Below are positions 10,780 to 20,400 of a stretch of 64,000 nt of DNA, in pieces; within the stretch, counting starts at the first letter, position 1; the number at the start of each line of letters is the position of its first letter. Source of the DNA: Candidatus Aminicenantales bacterium (GTDB lineage Bacteria > Acidobacteriota > Aminicenantia > Aminicenantales > UBA4085); contig JBEKTZ010000003.1 in NCBI GenBank assembly GCA_049515535.1, positions 186,001 through 250,000 on the forward strand, written 5' to 3'. The notes beneath the pieces are model-generated. The model was not told the origin of the DNA, did not search any database, and saw only the letters and a list, made by a program, of their open reading frames with translations. A program made the position numbers and the translations under genes.

Positions 10780-11655
10780 TTAATTGAATTTTTTGATGAG
10801 GATGTCGCCGTTCAGCGTGTCGCAGGTGATCTGTGGTCCGCCCTTCCCGACGCGGACCTGGCTGAACTGATCGCGCTTATAGATGAATTTCCCTTTTTGG
10901 CTTTCTTTGACGGCGGGCGGCGGCGGGAGCGTTTTGACTTCGAAATCCGAATAGGCCTTGCCGTTGAACGTCTTCATTTTGAAATCGGCGGACAGCCCGT
11001 CGTGAAAGGAAAGGACCACATCTCCGTTGACCGTCCGGAACGAGCAGTTCGCGCCGGGGTTTTTCAGGAAGCCGACGTTCACTTTTCCGTTGACCGTGTG
11101 AGCCCCGCCCGCTCCCGCGATGTCCTCCAGCGTGACCTTGCCGTTGACGTTGGACACGTCGAAATCGCCCTCGACGCCTTTCACCGTAATGTCGCCCTCG
11201 TTGACGGTTTTGAGCGTCAGGCCCGTTTTGCGCGGAACCTTCAGGGTGAAGTCGAAGACGACTTCGTATCCCAGGTCGCGTCCGTTGAATCCCTTGCCGT
11301 TCTCGCACCGGCAGCGGAACGGCCCGTCGATGTAGATATCGATGCCGCCGCTTTCCATGGTGATATCGAGCTTGACGTCCTGCCTGGCCTTCTGGATCTT
11401 GTCCTCCGTTTTCGCCCGGATGAGCTTATGGGCGACGAGCTCGACATCGTTTCCGTCGGTCCCTTGGACGTCGATCGAGCCGAAGATGTTGTCGATCTGG
11501 AGCGTTTTCGGCTTGGCGGGATCCTGGAACTTCAGGGTCTTCCGCATGTCCTCTTTTTCCTCGAACTTGTATTTGTCATTGGAGGGCGATGGGCCGGCCA
11601 GGGCCGGACCTAAAAGCGCGGCGCCGAGCACGGCGACAAGAACGGTTCTCTTCAT
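10780..11655 (-). CDS. DUF4097 beta-helix protein
   Basis: Repeated TVNG turns; signal peptide. Confidence 0.8.
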   Translation of the reverse strand: MKRTVLVAVLGAALLGPALAGPSPSNDKYKFEEKEDMRKTLKFQDPAKPKTLQIDNIFGSIDVQGTDGNDVELVAHKLIRAKTEDKIQKARQDVKLDITMESGGIDIYIDGPFRCRCENGKGFNGRDLGYEVVFDFTLKVPRKTGLTLKTVNEGDITVKGVEGDFDVSNVNGKVTLEDIAGAGGAHTVNGKVNVGFLKNPGANCSFRTVNGDVVLSFHDGLSADFKMKTFNGKAYSDFEVKTLPPPPAVKESQKGKFIYKRDQFSQVRVGKGGPQITCDTLNGDILIKKFN

Positions 11656-11664
11656 GGGATTCTC

Positions 11665-12474
11665 CTAAAAACCGAGCTGCTGGATCCCGAGCTCGGCCTT
11701 TTTCTTGATCTCGGGCCTCAGCTTTTCGCTCCCGATGAGGGCTTTGAGCGCGTCCACCGCCCGGCGTTCCCGGATATCGACGAGAAGATCGATGAGCGCG
11801 GACTGGACAATCGGCGATTCCTGGCGGGAGAGCGAGCGGAGGACGCCATCCTTGACTTCGGGCTTGGACGAGAAGAGATAGAGCGCGTCCACGGCGGCCA
11901 GCCTGACGTTGATGTTCGGGTCGCCGTCCAGGGTTTGGAGGAGCGCATCGAGAGTAGTTTTACCGGGTTCTTTGAGCAGGGACGTGTAACTCAGGCCGCG
12001 GAGCCGCTCCGACGGCGAGGGCTGTTGGAGCAGGGAAACGGCGGTGATCCTGTGCATATCATCGACATCTTTTTGGAGCTTCGCGAAGCGGGCTCCCGAG
12101 CCGCTCAGAACGAACCCGCCAGCGAGGCCAACGATGATCAAGACGGCGGCCGCGGCGATGGGGAAGGCGGGCCGCAGCCTCCATATCCGACCCAGGGAAA
12201 AAGGGAATCCCGGTTTAGACGGAACCTTTCCTTTTTTCGCTTCGAGGCCGTCTTTGTAAGCTTCGAGCATCGTGTAGAACTTATCACGCACGGCGATCGA
12301 GGGCTGCTCCTGGGGGAGCACGCCGAGTTTCGTCCAAATCTCGCCCAGGCCGCGCAATTCCTCGCCGCAGGCGGCGCAGGAGGCGATGTGGGCGTCGAAT
12401 TCGCCCCTCGTTTCAGACTTCAAATCGCCGCTCAAAAAATCCGGAAATTTTCCCCTGGCATTTTCACACTTCAT
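11665..12474 (-). CDS. Anti-sigma factor (zf-HC2, TM helix, HEAT repeats)
   Basis: HIASCAAC; one TM segment; HEAT-like DPNINVRLAAVDAL. Confidence 0.85.
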   Translation of the reverse strand: MKCENARGKFPDFLSGDLKSETRGEFDAHIASCAACGEELRGLGEIWTKLGVLPQEQPSIAVRDKFYTMLEAYKDGLEAKKGKVPSKPGFPFSLGRIWRLRPAFPIAAAAVLIIVGLAGGFVLSGSGARFAKLQKDVDDMHRITAVSLLQQPSPSERLRGLSYTSLLKEPGKTTLDALLQTLDGDPNINVRLAAVDALYLFSSKPEVKDGVLRSLSRQESPIVQSALIDLLVDIRERRAVDALKALIGSEKLRPEIKKKAELGIQQLGF

Positions 12475-13021
12475 GGCGGCAAGCCTCCCCGGTCAATTGA
12501 TGATAAATGTCGCCCAGCTCTTGGACGGCCCTGTGGACGAGGCCCTTGACCGTCCCGACGGGACAGTCGAGGAGCTCGGCGATCTCCCGGTATTTCAGGT
12601 TCTGGAAGCGGCTGAGGACGAGGATTTCCTGCTTCTTTGGAGAGAGCCTCGCCAGCGCCTTCGCGAGCAGGGCGGCTTCCTGCGCCCGGGCGGCCTTTTC
12701 GTCAGGGAGGGGTTCGAGGCTGTGGACCTCGTCGAACTGCTCCTCGAGGGGGACCGTCTCCTTCCGTTTTCTCAGAAAATCGATATGGGCGTTCCTGGCG
12801 ATCTTGTACAACCAGACGGCGAACCGGTCTTCACCCAGGTAGGTCGCTCGATATTTGAGGATCCGGATGAAGACGTCCTGGACCAAATCCTCGCTGATGG
12901 GGCGATTTCCCGTCAGGCGGAGGAAGAAATTGAATAGGGCGACGTGATGGCGCTCGAACAGGATGGCGAGCTTCTCGACCCGGCCGTCCCGAACGTCTTC
13001 CATGAGCTGGTTGTCGTTCAT
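12464..13021 (-). CDS. ECF sigma-70 factor
   Basis: EDLVQDVF, WLYKIARN, region 4 YREIAELLDCPVGTVK. Confidence 0.95.
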   Translation of the reverse strand: MNDNQLMEDVRDGRVEKLAILFERHHVALFNFFLRLTGNRPISEDLVQDVFIRILKYRATYLGEDRFAVWLYKIARNAHIDFLRKRKETVPLEEQFDEVHSLEPLPDEKAARAQEAALLAKALARLSPKKQEILVLSRFQNLKYREIAELLDCPVGTVKGLVHRAVQELGDIYHQLTGEACRHEV

Positions 13022-13029
13022 CGCAGATA

Positions 13030-13057
13030 TAGACTCGAATTTCTTAAAAAGGTTACA
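13030..13057 (-). promoter_or_regulatory. Putative ECF-type autoregulatory promoter
   Basis: Minus strand TGTAACC-16 nt-GTCTA, 8 nt before the sigma ATG. Confidence 0.55.
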
Positions 13058-13121
13058 AGAACTTTTATCACGAAATCAGGGCCGGTTTCTACTTTTTTGG
13101 ACGGACAGGGGCTTCCACAAG

Positions 13122-13150
13122 TTGACTTGATTTTCCGCGGGTGATATAAA
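13122..13150 (+). promoter_or_regulatory. sigma70 promoter of purM
   Basis: TTGACT-17 nt-TATAAA, followed by SD AAGGAG. Confidence 0.6.
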
Positions 13151-13176
13151 AACCGTGAAATTCAAGGAGATGAGCA

Positions 13177-14178
13177 ATGAGCCCCCTGACCTATAGAAAA
13201 ACCGGCGTCAATATCGACGAGGCCGACGAATTCATCAAGAAAATCAAGCCCCTGGCTCGATCGACGTCGCGGCCCGAGGTTTTGGGCGGGATCGGCGGGT
13301 TCAGCGCCCTCTTCCAGCCGCGGCTCAAAGGAATGAAAAATCCCGTTCTCGTCTCCTCGACGGACGGCGTCGGGACGAAGCTGATGATCGCCGACCTCCA
13401 GGGAAAATATGACACGGTGGGCATCGATCTTGTGGCCATGAGCGTGGACGACATCGTCGTCACGGGCGCCGAGCCGCTTTTTTTCCTGGACTACATCGCT
13501 TGCGGCAGGCTGGATAAGGACATGCTGGCGGAGGTCATGAAAGGCATCGCCAAAGGCTGCCGCGAGGCGAATTGCGCCCTGGTCGGCGGGGAGACGGCCG
13601 AGCTTCCGGGCCTCTATGGGAAGAACCAGTGGGATCTGGCGGGTTTCTGCGTGGGGCTGGTCGACAAGAGCGCGATTATCGACGGCCGTTCGTGCCGAAA
13701 AGGAGACAAGATCATCGGCCTGGCGTCGAGCGGCCTCCATAGCAACGGCTTTTCGCTCGTCCGCGGCGCATTCACGGAAAAGGAGATGAGAGGAAGACTG
13801 GGGGTCGAGCTGCTCAAACCAACCCGGATTTATACGCGGGCGATTTTGGCCGTCATGAAAAAGATCAGGATCAAGGCCCTGGCCCATATCACCGGCGGCG
13901 GCTTTTACGACAACATTCCCCGCGTCATCCCGAAGGGCCTGACCGTGAGGATCCAGGAGGGCTTGTGGCCGATCCCGCCGATCTTCCGCCTGATCCAGGA
14001 GCGCGGAGAGATCGGCGAGCCCGAGATGTTTCGGACGCTCAACATGGGGATCGGCATGGTCGCGGTCGTCGGGGCGAAGGACGCCCGGAAAACGATCGCG
14101 CTCTTTCAGAAGCTCGGGCACAAAGCGTGGGTCATCGGCGAGCTTTTTCCCGGCCCGCACGGCGTGATCATTTCATAA
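13177..14178 (+). CDS. purM: Phosphoribosylformylglycinamidine cyclo-ligase (AIR synthetase)
   Basis: STDGVGTK, GAEPLFFLDY, GGETAELP, SSGLHSNGFS, AHITGGG, TLNMGIG. Confidence 0.97.
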   Translation: MSPLTYRKTGVNIDEADEFIKKIKPLARSTSRPEVLGGIGGFSALFQPRLKGMKNPVLVSSTDGVGTKLMIADLQGKYDTVGIDLVAMSVDDIVVTGAEPLFFLDYIACGRLDKDMLAEVMKGIAKGCREANCALVGGETAELPGLYGKNQWDLAGFCVGLVDKSAIIDGRSCRKGDKIIGLASSGLHSNGFSLVRGAFTEKEMRGRLGVELLKPTRIYTRAILAVMKKIRIKALAHITGGGFYDNIPRVIPKGLTVRIQEGLWPIPPIFRLIQERGEIGEPEMFRTLNMGIGMVAVVGAKDARKTIALFQKLGHKAWVIGELFPGPHGVIIS

Positions 14179-14188
14179 GCTTCTTCCA

Positions 14189-14290
14189 GTCAGGGGACGA
14201 GCCTTCGACTTGCTACTCGCCCGTGGCTTATATCAACGGGCGAGTACGGCGGAAATGGACCCCCGGGCAAAGCCCGGGGCCCCGTCCGCC
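14189..14290 (-). mobile_element. Dispersed palindromic element, long form (102 bp), copy B, inserted in the 3' end of the racemase gene
   Basis: Matches 42467-42568; removal restores ...PDLFDWKKLMK*. Confidence 0.85.
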
Positions 14291-15301
14291 GTCGAAGAGG
14301 TCCGGTTTCCATTCATAGCGGGCCAGCGCGTCCGCCGTTTCCGGCGATATCTTCCGCAGCCATGGGCCGAGCGCGTCGATTTTTTGGCGGCCGATCTCGA
14401 CCATCGAGACGGCCTTTGCCCGGACCATGGAAGCCGCGAATCGATTCGCGTATTTCGAAGAGATCAAAACGTCCGTCATTTTCGAGTTCGGGTTCAGGAA
14501 GGTGATTGACGGACTCCGCCGGCCCTCGAACGCTTTTTTCCAACCATCGAGGGAATACCCGAAATGCGTGCAGTTCAAACTGACATAGAGGGGGGCTTTC
14601 GGGTCCTTGACGCGCGCCAGCGCTTCCTCGACGTAGGATTCGATGAGCAGCCCCGTGTCCTCGCCGGCGGGATCTTTCTCGATATAGCTCGCCAGCTCCG
14701 GGCAGGCCTGGACGACGATCCGTTCTTCCTTGACGCCTCGCTCCAAAAGCCTTTTTTTATGCTCCCCTTCGGCGATGGTCGTCTCCGTGCCGAGAATAAT
14801 GACGGTCGCGCCGGGCTCCTTTTTGAACCCCAGAGCGATGAGATCAACGCCCGGCTCGACGATACCCAACAAGGGAATCTTCGCCGTTTTGAAAAAAGGC
14901 GTTTCCTCCAAGAGGACGGAGAGGGTGTTGCAGCCGACGAGGACGATATCCGGGCGGCAGGTTCGGTCGAGGGCGCGAAGGGCGCTGTCGAAAACGGCGA
15001 TCTTTTCTTCTCGGCTTTTCAGGCTGTTGTAGCCGCTGTCGTTCGAGAAGAGCGCGTTGAAAAAGACGAGGTTCACGCTTTCGAAGATCTTCGCCTCTTT
15101 CAGGCGTGCCGCGGCTTCGGCAATGATCGACAGGCCGCCGAGCCCCGAATCCGTGACCGCGATCGTCACCTCCCGTTTGGCGAAGAACGCCTCGAGAGCG
15201 GCGGCTTTTTGCGCCCCGGCGAGGGACCCCGCCGGAGGCGGAAAAAGTCCCAGGAAAATCCCCGTGATCGAAAGAACAATCGCCGGCTTGATTTGCCTCA
15301 C
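14228..15301 (-). CDS. Asp/Glu racemase family protein with signal peptide; last ~20 aa derive from the repeat
   Basis: DSGLGGL, VGCNT and NCTHF two-Cys racemase motifs. Confidence 0.8.
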   Translation of the reverse strand: MRQIKPAIVLSITGIFLGLFPPPAGSLAGAQKAAALEAFFAKREVTIAVTDSGLGGLSIIAEAAARLKEAKIFESVNLVFFNALFSNDSGYNSLKSREEKIAVFDSALRALDRTCRPDIVLVGCNTLSVLLEETPFFKTAKIPLLGIVEPGVDLIALGFKKEPGATVIILGTETTIAEGEHKKRLLERGVKEERIVVQACPELASYIEKDPAGEDTGLLIESYVEEALARVKDPKAPLYVSLNCTHFGYSLDGWKKAFEGRRSPSITFLNPNSKMTDVLISSKYANRFAASMVRAKAVSMVEIGRQKIDALGPWLRKISPETADALARYEWKPDLFDGGRGPGLCPGVHFRRTRPLI

Positions 15302-15393
15302 CGTTTCTCTCCGTTCGGCGGCCTTATTTTACCGCGTGTTGCTATTATAAAACATAACATATTATACTTGAGCGCCAAAACGGAGGCGGTGTC

Positions 15394-15588
15394 ATGAAAA
15401 AGCCGATCGTCATCCTGCGCCTGGCTCCGGTTTATGATCCCGCCGCCATAGAGAAGATGATCCGAGAAGGGCTCGACGAGATGGGCCTGGCGTCCCGGGT
15501 GAAAGGCCGCGTGACGATCAAGCCCAACGCGGTCTCAGAATCGATCTCATATACGATTCTTATATCTGCCTCTTCTTTTCCTGGATGA
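15394..15588 (+). pseudogene. Truncated DUF362-family N-terminal fragment
   Basis: Good SD; YDPAAIEKMIREGL...VTIKPN motif, then abrupt loss of coding character near 15535. Confidence 0.65.
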
Positions 15589-15618
15589 GAAGGCTGGTCA
15601 AAGGAAGGCTTTAAGACC

Positions 15619-17262
15619 ATGGACGGACGACTGATCATCGGCAGCGAACGGAGAGAAACGAAAGAGAAGCTCGTCTCGAAGAGCCCGGCGACACTCGAGC
15701 CGGTCGGCGAGGTTTCGCTGGCGACGGCGGAAGACTGCCGCGATGCGGTTTCGGCGGCGCGGCGGGCCTTCCCGCTATGGCGGGACTTGCCGTCCGCCGC
15801 AAAGAAAAAGATCCTCCGGCGGGCCAAGGCGATCCTCCTCAAACGGAGCGACGAGGCGGCCCGGCTCATATCCATGGAAAAAGGATCGCCCGTCATGGAA
15901 TCGCTGTCCGTCGAAGTCCTGAGTAGCCTGGAGATCCTCGATTATTACGGCCATAATCTCGACAAGGCCGTGGCCCCGAAAAAAATGAAGCCCCATGTGG
16001 CCCTGTTTTCTCACAAGAAATGCGCTTTCCGCTTCCAGCCCCTGGGGCCGACGCTCGTCATCTCGCCCTGGAACTTTCCGTTCCTGATCCCGTTTTGCGA
16101 TATTGTCAGCGCTTTGTCGGCGGGGAACACGGTGGTCCTCAGGCCGTCCACGTCCGCGCCGCTCATCGCCCTGCTCATCGGGGAAATCTTCGTCGAGGCG
16201 GGGATTCCGGCCGGGGTCGTCAACGTCGTCAATTGCCGGACGGCCCAGGCCGAAGAGATGATCACGAACCCGGAGATCCCGACCGTCATGTTCACCGGGA
16301 GCGTGGACATCGGCAAGCGGGTCATGGAACTGGCCAGCCGCAATCTGACGAACGTCGTTCTGGAACTGGGCGGAAAAGACCCGATGATCGTCTGCGCGGA
16401 TGCCGACCTGGAGCGGGCGGCGCGCGGCGCGGTCTGGGCGGCTTTCATGAACTGCGGGCAGAGCTGCGCCTCGGTGGAACGGGTCTATGTCGCTAGGGAG
16501 ATCGAGAAAGAGTTCACGGACAGGGTCGTTTCGCTGGCACGCGGGATCAGAACCGGAAATCCCCTGGAGCCCGGCGTGGACATGGGACCGATGACGACGC
16601 TCGGCCAACTCAAGGTCGTCGAGGACCATCTTCGGGATGCCCGGGAAAAAGGCGCCGCGGTTTTATGCGGCGGAGAAAAAGTCCCCGGGCTTCCCGGATA
16701 TTTCATCACCCCGGCTGTGCTTTCGGGCGTCAACCATGCCATGAAAATCATGACCGAAGAAACGTTCGGGCCGACGCTGCCCATCATGCCTTTTTCGAGT
16801 CTCGACGAGGCCGTCGCGCTGGCCAACGATTGCCGTTACGGCTTGACGGCCTCGCTCTGGACGCGCGACAGGAAAACAGCCCGCCGGCTGGCAGAGAGCC
16901 TCGAAGCCGGCACCGTGACGATCAACGATCACATGTTCTCTTTCACCGAGCCGAAGGCGATCTGGGGCGGCATCAAACTGACCGGCATGGGCCGGTCGCA
17001 CGGGCCTTATGGGCTTCTTCATCTCCAGAACATCAAGTTCGTCGGAGCGGATTTCTCCCGGAAAAAAGGCCTGCTGTGGTGGTATCCCTATCGCGATCCG
17101 AAACCTCAAGTCATTCAAAAGGCGCTGAACCTTCTGCATCAGGACCGGGCCGGGAAAAAGCTCAAGGCCGCCTTCGGCCTTCTTCCGACGTTGCCGATGG
17201 TGCGCGCGGGGGTTACGCTCAAAAGCATGGGAAAGATCGCTGCGCGCTTGTTCCGGAGATAA
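15619..17262 (+). CDS. NAD(P)-dependent aldehyde dehydrogenase
   Basis: ISPWNFP, FTGS, LELGGKDP, NCGQSC, EETFGP. Confidence 0.95.
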   Translation: MDGRLIIGSERRETKEKLVSKSPATLEPVGEVSLATAEDCRDAVSAARRAFPLWRDLPSAAKKKILRRAKAILLKRSDEAARLISMEKGSPVMESLSVEVLSSLEILDYYGHNLDKAVAPKKMKPHVALFSHKKCAFRFQPLGPTLVISPWNFPFLIPFCDIVSALSAGNTVVLRPSTSAPLIALLIGEIFVEAGIPAGVVNVVNCRTAQAEEMITNPEIPTVMFTGSVDIGKRVMELASRNLTNVVLELGGKDPMIVCADADLERAARGAVWAAFMNCGQSCASVERVYVAREIEKEFTDRVVSLARGIRTGNPLEPGVDMGPMTTLGQLKVVEDHLRDAREKGAAVLCGGEKVPGLPGYFITPAVLSGVNHAMKIMTEETFGPTLPIMPFSSLDEAVALANDCRYGLTASLWTRDRKTARRLAESLEAGTVTINDHMFSFTEPKAIWGGIKLTGMGRSHGPYGLLHLQNIKFVGADFSRKKGLLWWYPYRDPKPQVIQKALNLLHQDRAGKKLKAAFGLLPTLPMVRAGVTLKSMGKIAARLFRR

Positions 17263-17412
17263 AACGGAAATATAGGTTGACAAGCTTTTTCGGCCGGAGA
17301 TAAACTCATCATCTGGATCAAGGACATGGGCCTCGACGGCCGGATGGGCAAGAACGGAATTTCCAAAACGGGCGTTCTTCTCTTTTTTTCCGGCCAACGT
17401 CCGATTTTCCAC

Positions 17413-17475
17413 GGCGGACGGGGCTCCGGGCTTTGCTCGGGGGTCCACTTCCGCCGCGAAGGCTCGTCCCTTGAC
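17413..17475 (+). repeat. Dispersed palindromic element, short form, copy C, abutting the kinase RBS
   Basis: Same sequence family; followed directly by AGGAGG-ACA-ATG. Confidence 0.95.
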
Positions 17476-17484
17476 AGGAGGACA

Positions 17485-20400
17485 ATGATGTCGAATAACG
17501 AGTTTTCCCCCCGCCCGTCAAAACGCGCCCGGCTTTTCAGCCTATATCGTTTGGCCGCGGCCTTCGTCCCGGCTGTCATGCTCGGCTTCGTCGCGCTCGC
17601 CGCGCAGACCGAGCCCGCGGCGCAGGAGATCCCGAACAATTTTGCCCATCTGTCGATCAAGGACGGCATGTCGCAGGGCTCGGCCTATACTATTCTCCAA
17701 GACCGCCGGGGGTTCATCTGGATCGGAACGGAAGACGGTTTGGACAGGTACGACGGCTACAACTTCAAGATCTATCGGCCTTCGGACGACATCCACAGTC
17801 TGACCGATAACACGACATATGTTCTTTTCCAGGATTCCCAGGGAGCCATTTGGGTTGGGACCAAGAACGGTCTGAACCGCTACGATCGCGATCTGGATAG
17901 ATTCACCCGCTTTTTTTCCGATCCTAACAACCTCGAGAGCCTGGGCCACAATACCATCCGGGCCGTGTGCGAAAGCCGCGACGGGACGCTTTGGATCGGG
18001 ACCGATGGCGGGTTGAACTCTTTCGACCGCAAAACGGGAAAATTTACCCGCTATAAAGGCAGACCCGCGGCCCGGGACAACGCGGGCCAAGGCGAGATTT
18101 ATTCCATCGTCGAAGATTCGGCCGGCATCCTCTGGCTGGCGACCAACGGCGGACTGCACTCCTTCGAGCCGAAGACGGGCAAGGTCACGCGCTTCAGCCA
18201 TGATCCCCGAGACCCGTGGAGCCTGAGCAGCAACCAGACGCGCGTTGTCTTCGAGGACCGCGACGGAACCCTCTGGGTAGGGACGGAGGGGGGCGGGCTG
18301 AACGCCCTCGACCGAAAAACCGGGAAATTCACCCACTACCTCAACGTCTTCGGCCGGCCGAGAAGCCTCAGCCACAACAATGTCTATGCCATATTTCAGG
18401 ACCGGTCGGGGAGCCTGTACGTCGGGACATACGCCGGTCTCAATATCTTCGACTTCAGAACGAAGGATTTCACCGTCATCCGCAACAATCCGGCCGATTC
18501 GAACAGCCTAAGCTACGACTACATCATCTCTTTTCTCGAAGATAAAGCCGGCGTTCTCTGGATCGGAAACCGGGGCACGGGCGTCGACAAGTTCGATCCC
18601 TATCAAAATAAGTTCAGGCTTTATCAGCGGGTGGGCAACGATCCCCGGGGTCTCGTCTCCAATTCGATCCGCGGGTTCTTAGAGGATGCCTCGGGAAACC
18701 TCTGGATCGCCACGGAAGACCTGGGGTTGGACTACTGGGACCGGAAAACGAACACCCATACCCATATTCAACACGATCCCGGAAATCCCGCCGGCCTGAG
18801 CAGCAACGCGACCTACACTCTTCGCTGGGACAACGCCGGGAAGCTGTGGATCGCGACCCTCGGCGGAGGGTTGGACAAATACGATCCGAAGACCAAAAAA
18901 TTCATCCCCTATCGACACAACCCCGACGATCCGGCCAGCCTCAGCCATGACTCCGTCCGCGGCTTGTGCGTCGACCATTCCGGCACGGTCTGGGCTGGGA
19001 CCGAAGGCGGGGGGTTGAATAAACTCGTCCCGGGGACGCAAACGTTTGTCCATTACCAGAACGATCCCGCACAGCCCGACAGCCTCAGCCACAACATCGC
19101 CCGGGTCGTCTATGAAGACCGGTCCGGGACGCTCTGGGTCGGAACGTTCGGCGGAGGATTGAACAAGCTCGACCGCGAGAAAGGAACGTTCGTCCGCTAC
19201 CGGCACAGCCGGACCGACTCCAACAGCCTGTGCGACGATTTCATTATGGTCATCACCGAGGACGCTCATGGAAATCTGTGGATCGGAACGTTGAACGGCC
19301 TGAGCAAGTTCGACCCCAAAACCGGGACGTTCGTCTGCTTCACCGATAAAGACGGCTTGCCCAACAATTCGGCCTACGGCGTCCTCATCGAAGATGCGGA
19401 CAACATCTGGGTCTCCACAAACCGGGGCCTGGCCCGTTTCGATCCGAACGCCAAGTCAGCCAAGGGTTTCAATGTTTCGGACGGACTGCAGAGCAACGAA
19501 TTCAACGGGGGCACCTGCTTGAAGACGCGGGCCGGAGAAATGTTCTTCGGCGGGCCGAACGGCTTCAATGGCTTCACCCCGGCGAGGATCAAAGACAATC
19601 CCTATCCGCCGGACGTGGTCATCACGGATCTCCAGATCTTCAACGAATCCGTCTATCCCCAGCAAAAAATATTCGGCCGAACCGTCCTGGAAAAAGTCAT
19701 CACCGAGACGACCGACCTCGTCTTGAGCTACCGGGCCCGTCTGATATCCTTTGAGTTCGCCGCGCTCCATTTCTCCGCTCCCGAGGATAATCAATTCGCC
19801 TACAGACTCGAGGGCTTGGAAAAGAACTGGATCAATTCCAAAAACCGGCGGTTCGTCAGCTATACGAACCTGGCGCCCGGCCGATACACCTTCCGGGTCA
19901 AGGCGGCCAATGACGACGGCGTTTGGAACGAGCAAGGCGTCGCGGTCCGCCTCCGGATCGTTCCGCCTTTCTGGAAGACATGGTGGTTCCTCGGCCTGGC
20001 CTTCCTGGCGGCCGTCTTCAGCACTTACAGCATCGTCAGCACGCGCGTCCGAAACGTCCGTAACCGGACCGCCCTTCTGGAGAATAAAGTCCGAGAGCGG
20101 ACTTCGGAACTTCAGGAACAGATCGCCGTCCGGAAAAACGCCGAGACGGAGATCGAGCGGCGCCAGAAGTACCTGGAAGGCATCCTCTTCAATTCGCCCA
20201 ATGCCGTCGTCACGACGGACAGGAACTCGCTCATCACCGAATGGAGCCCGGGCGCCGAAAAGATCTTCGACTGGCGCCGGGAGGAAGTCCTCGGACGGAA
20301 CATCGACGACATCGTCATCCGTCCGGAATTCAAGGAGGAAGCCGTGCGCTATCAAAGGGCTGTCCTCGCCGGAGAAACGACCAGCACGTTCAAGGGCGTC

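Noticed and set aside
17326..17484. N-terminal extension of the kinase ORF
   Set aside because: Read-through of repeat copy C; the SD and signal peptide point to ATG 17485 or 17488.
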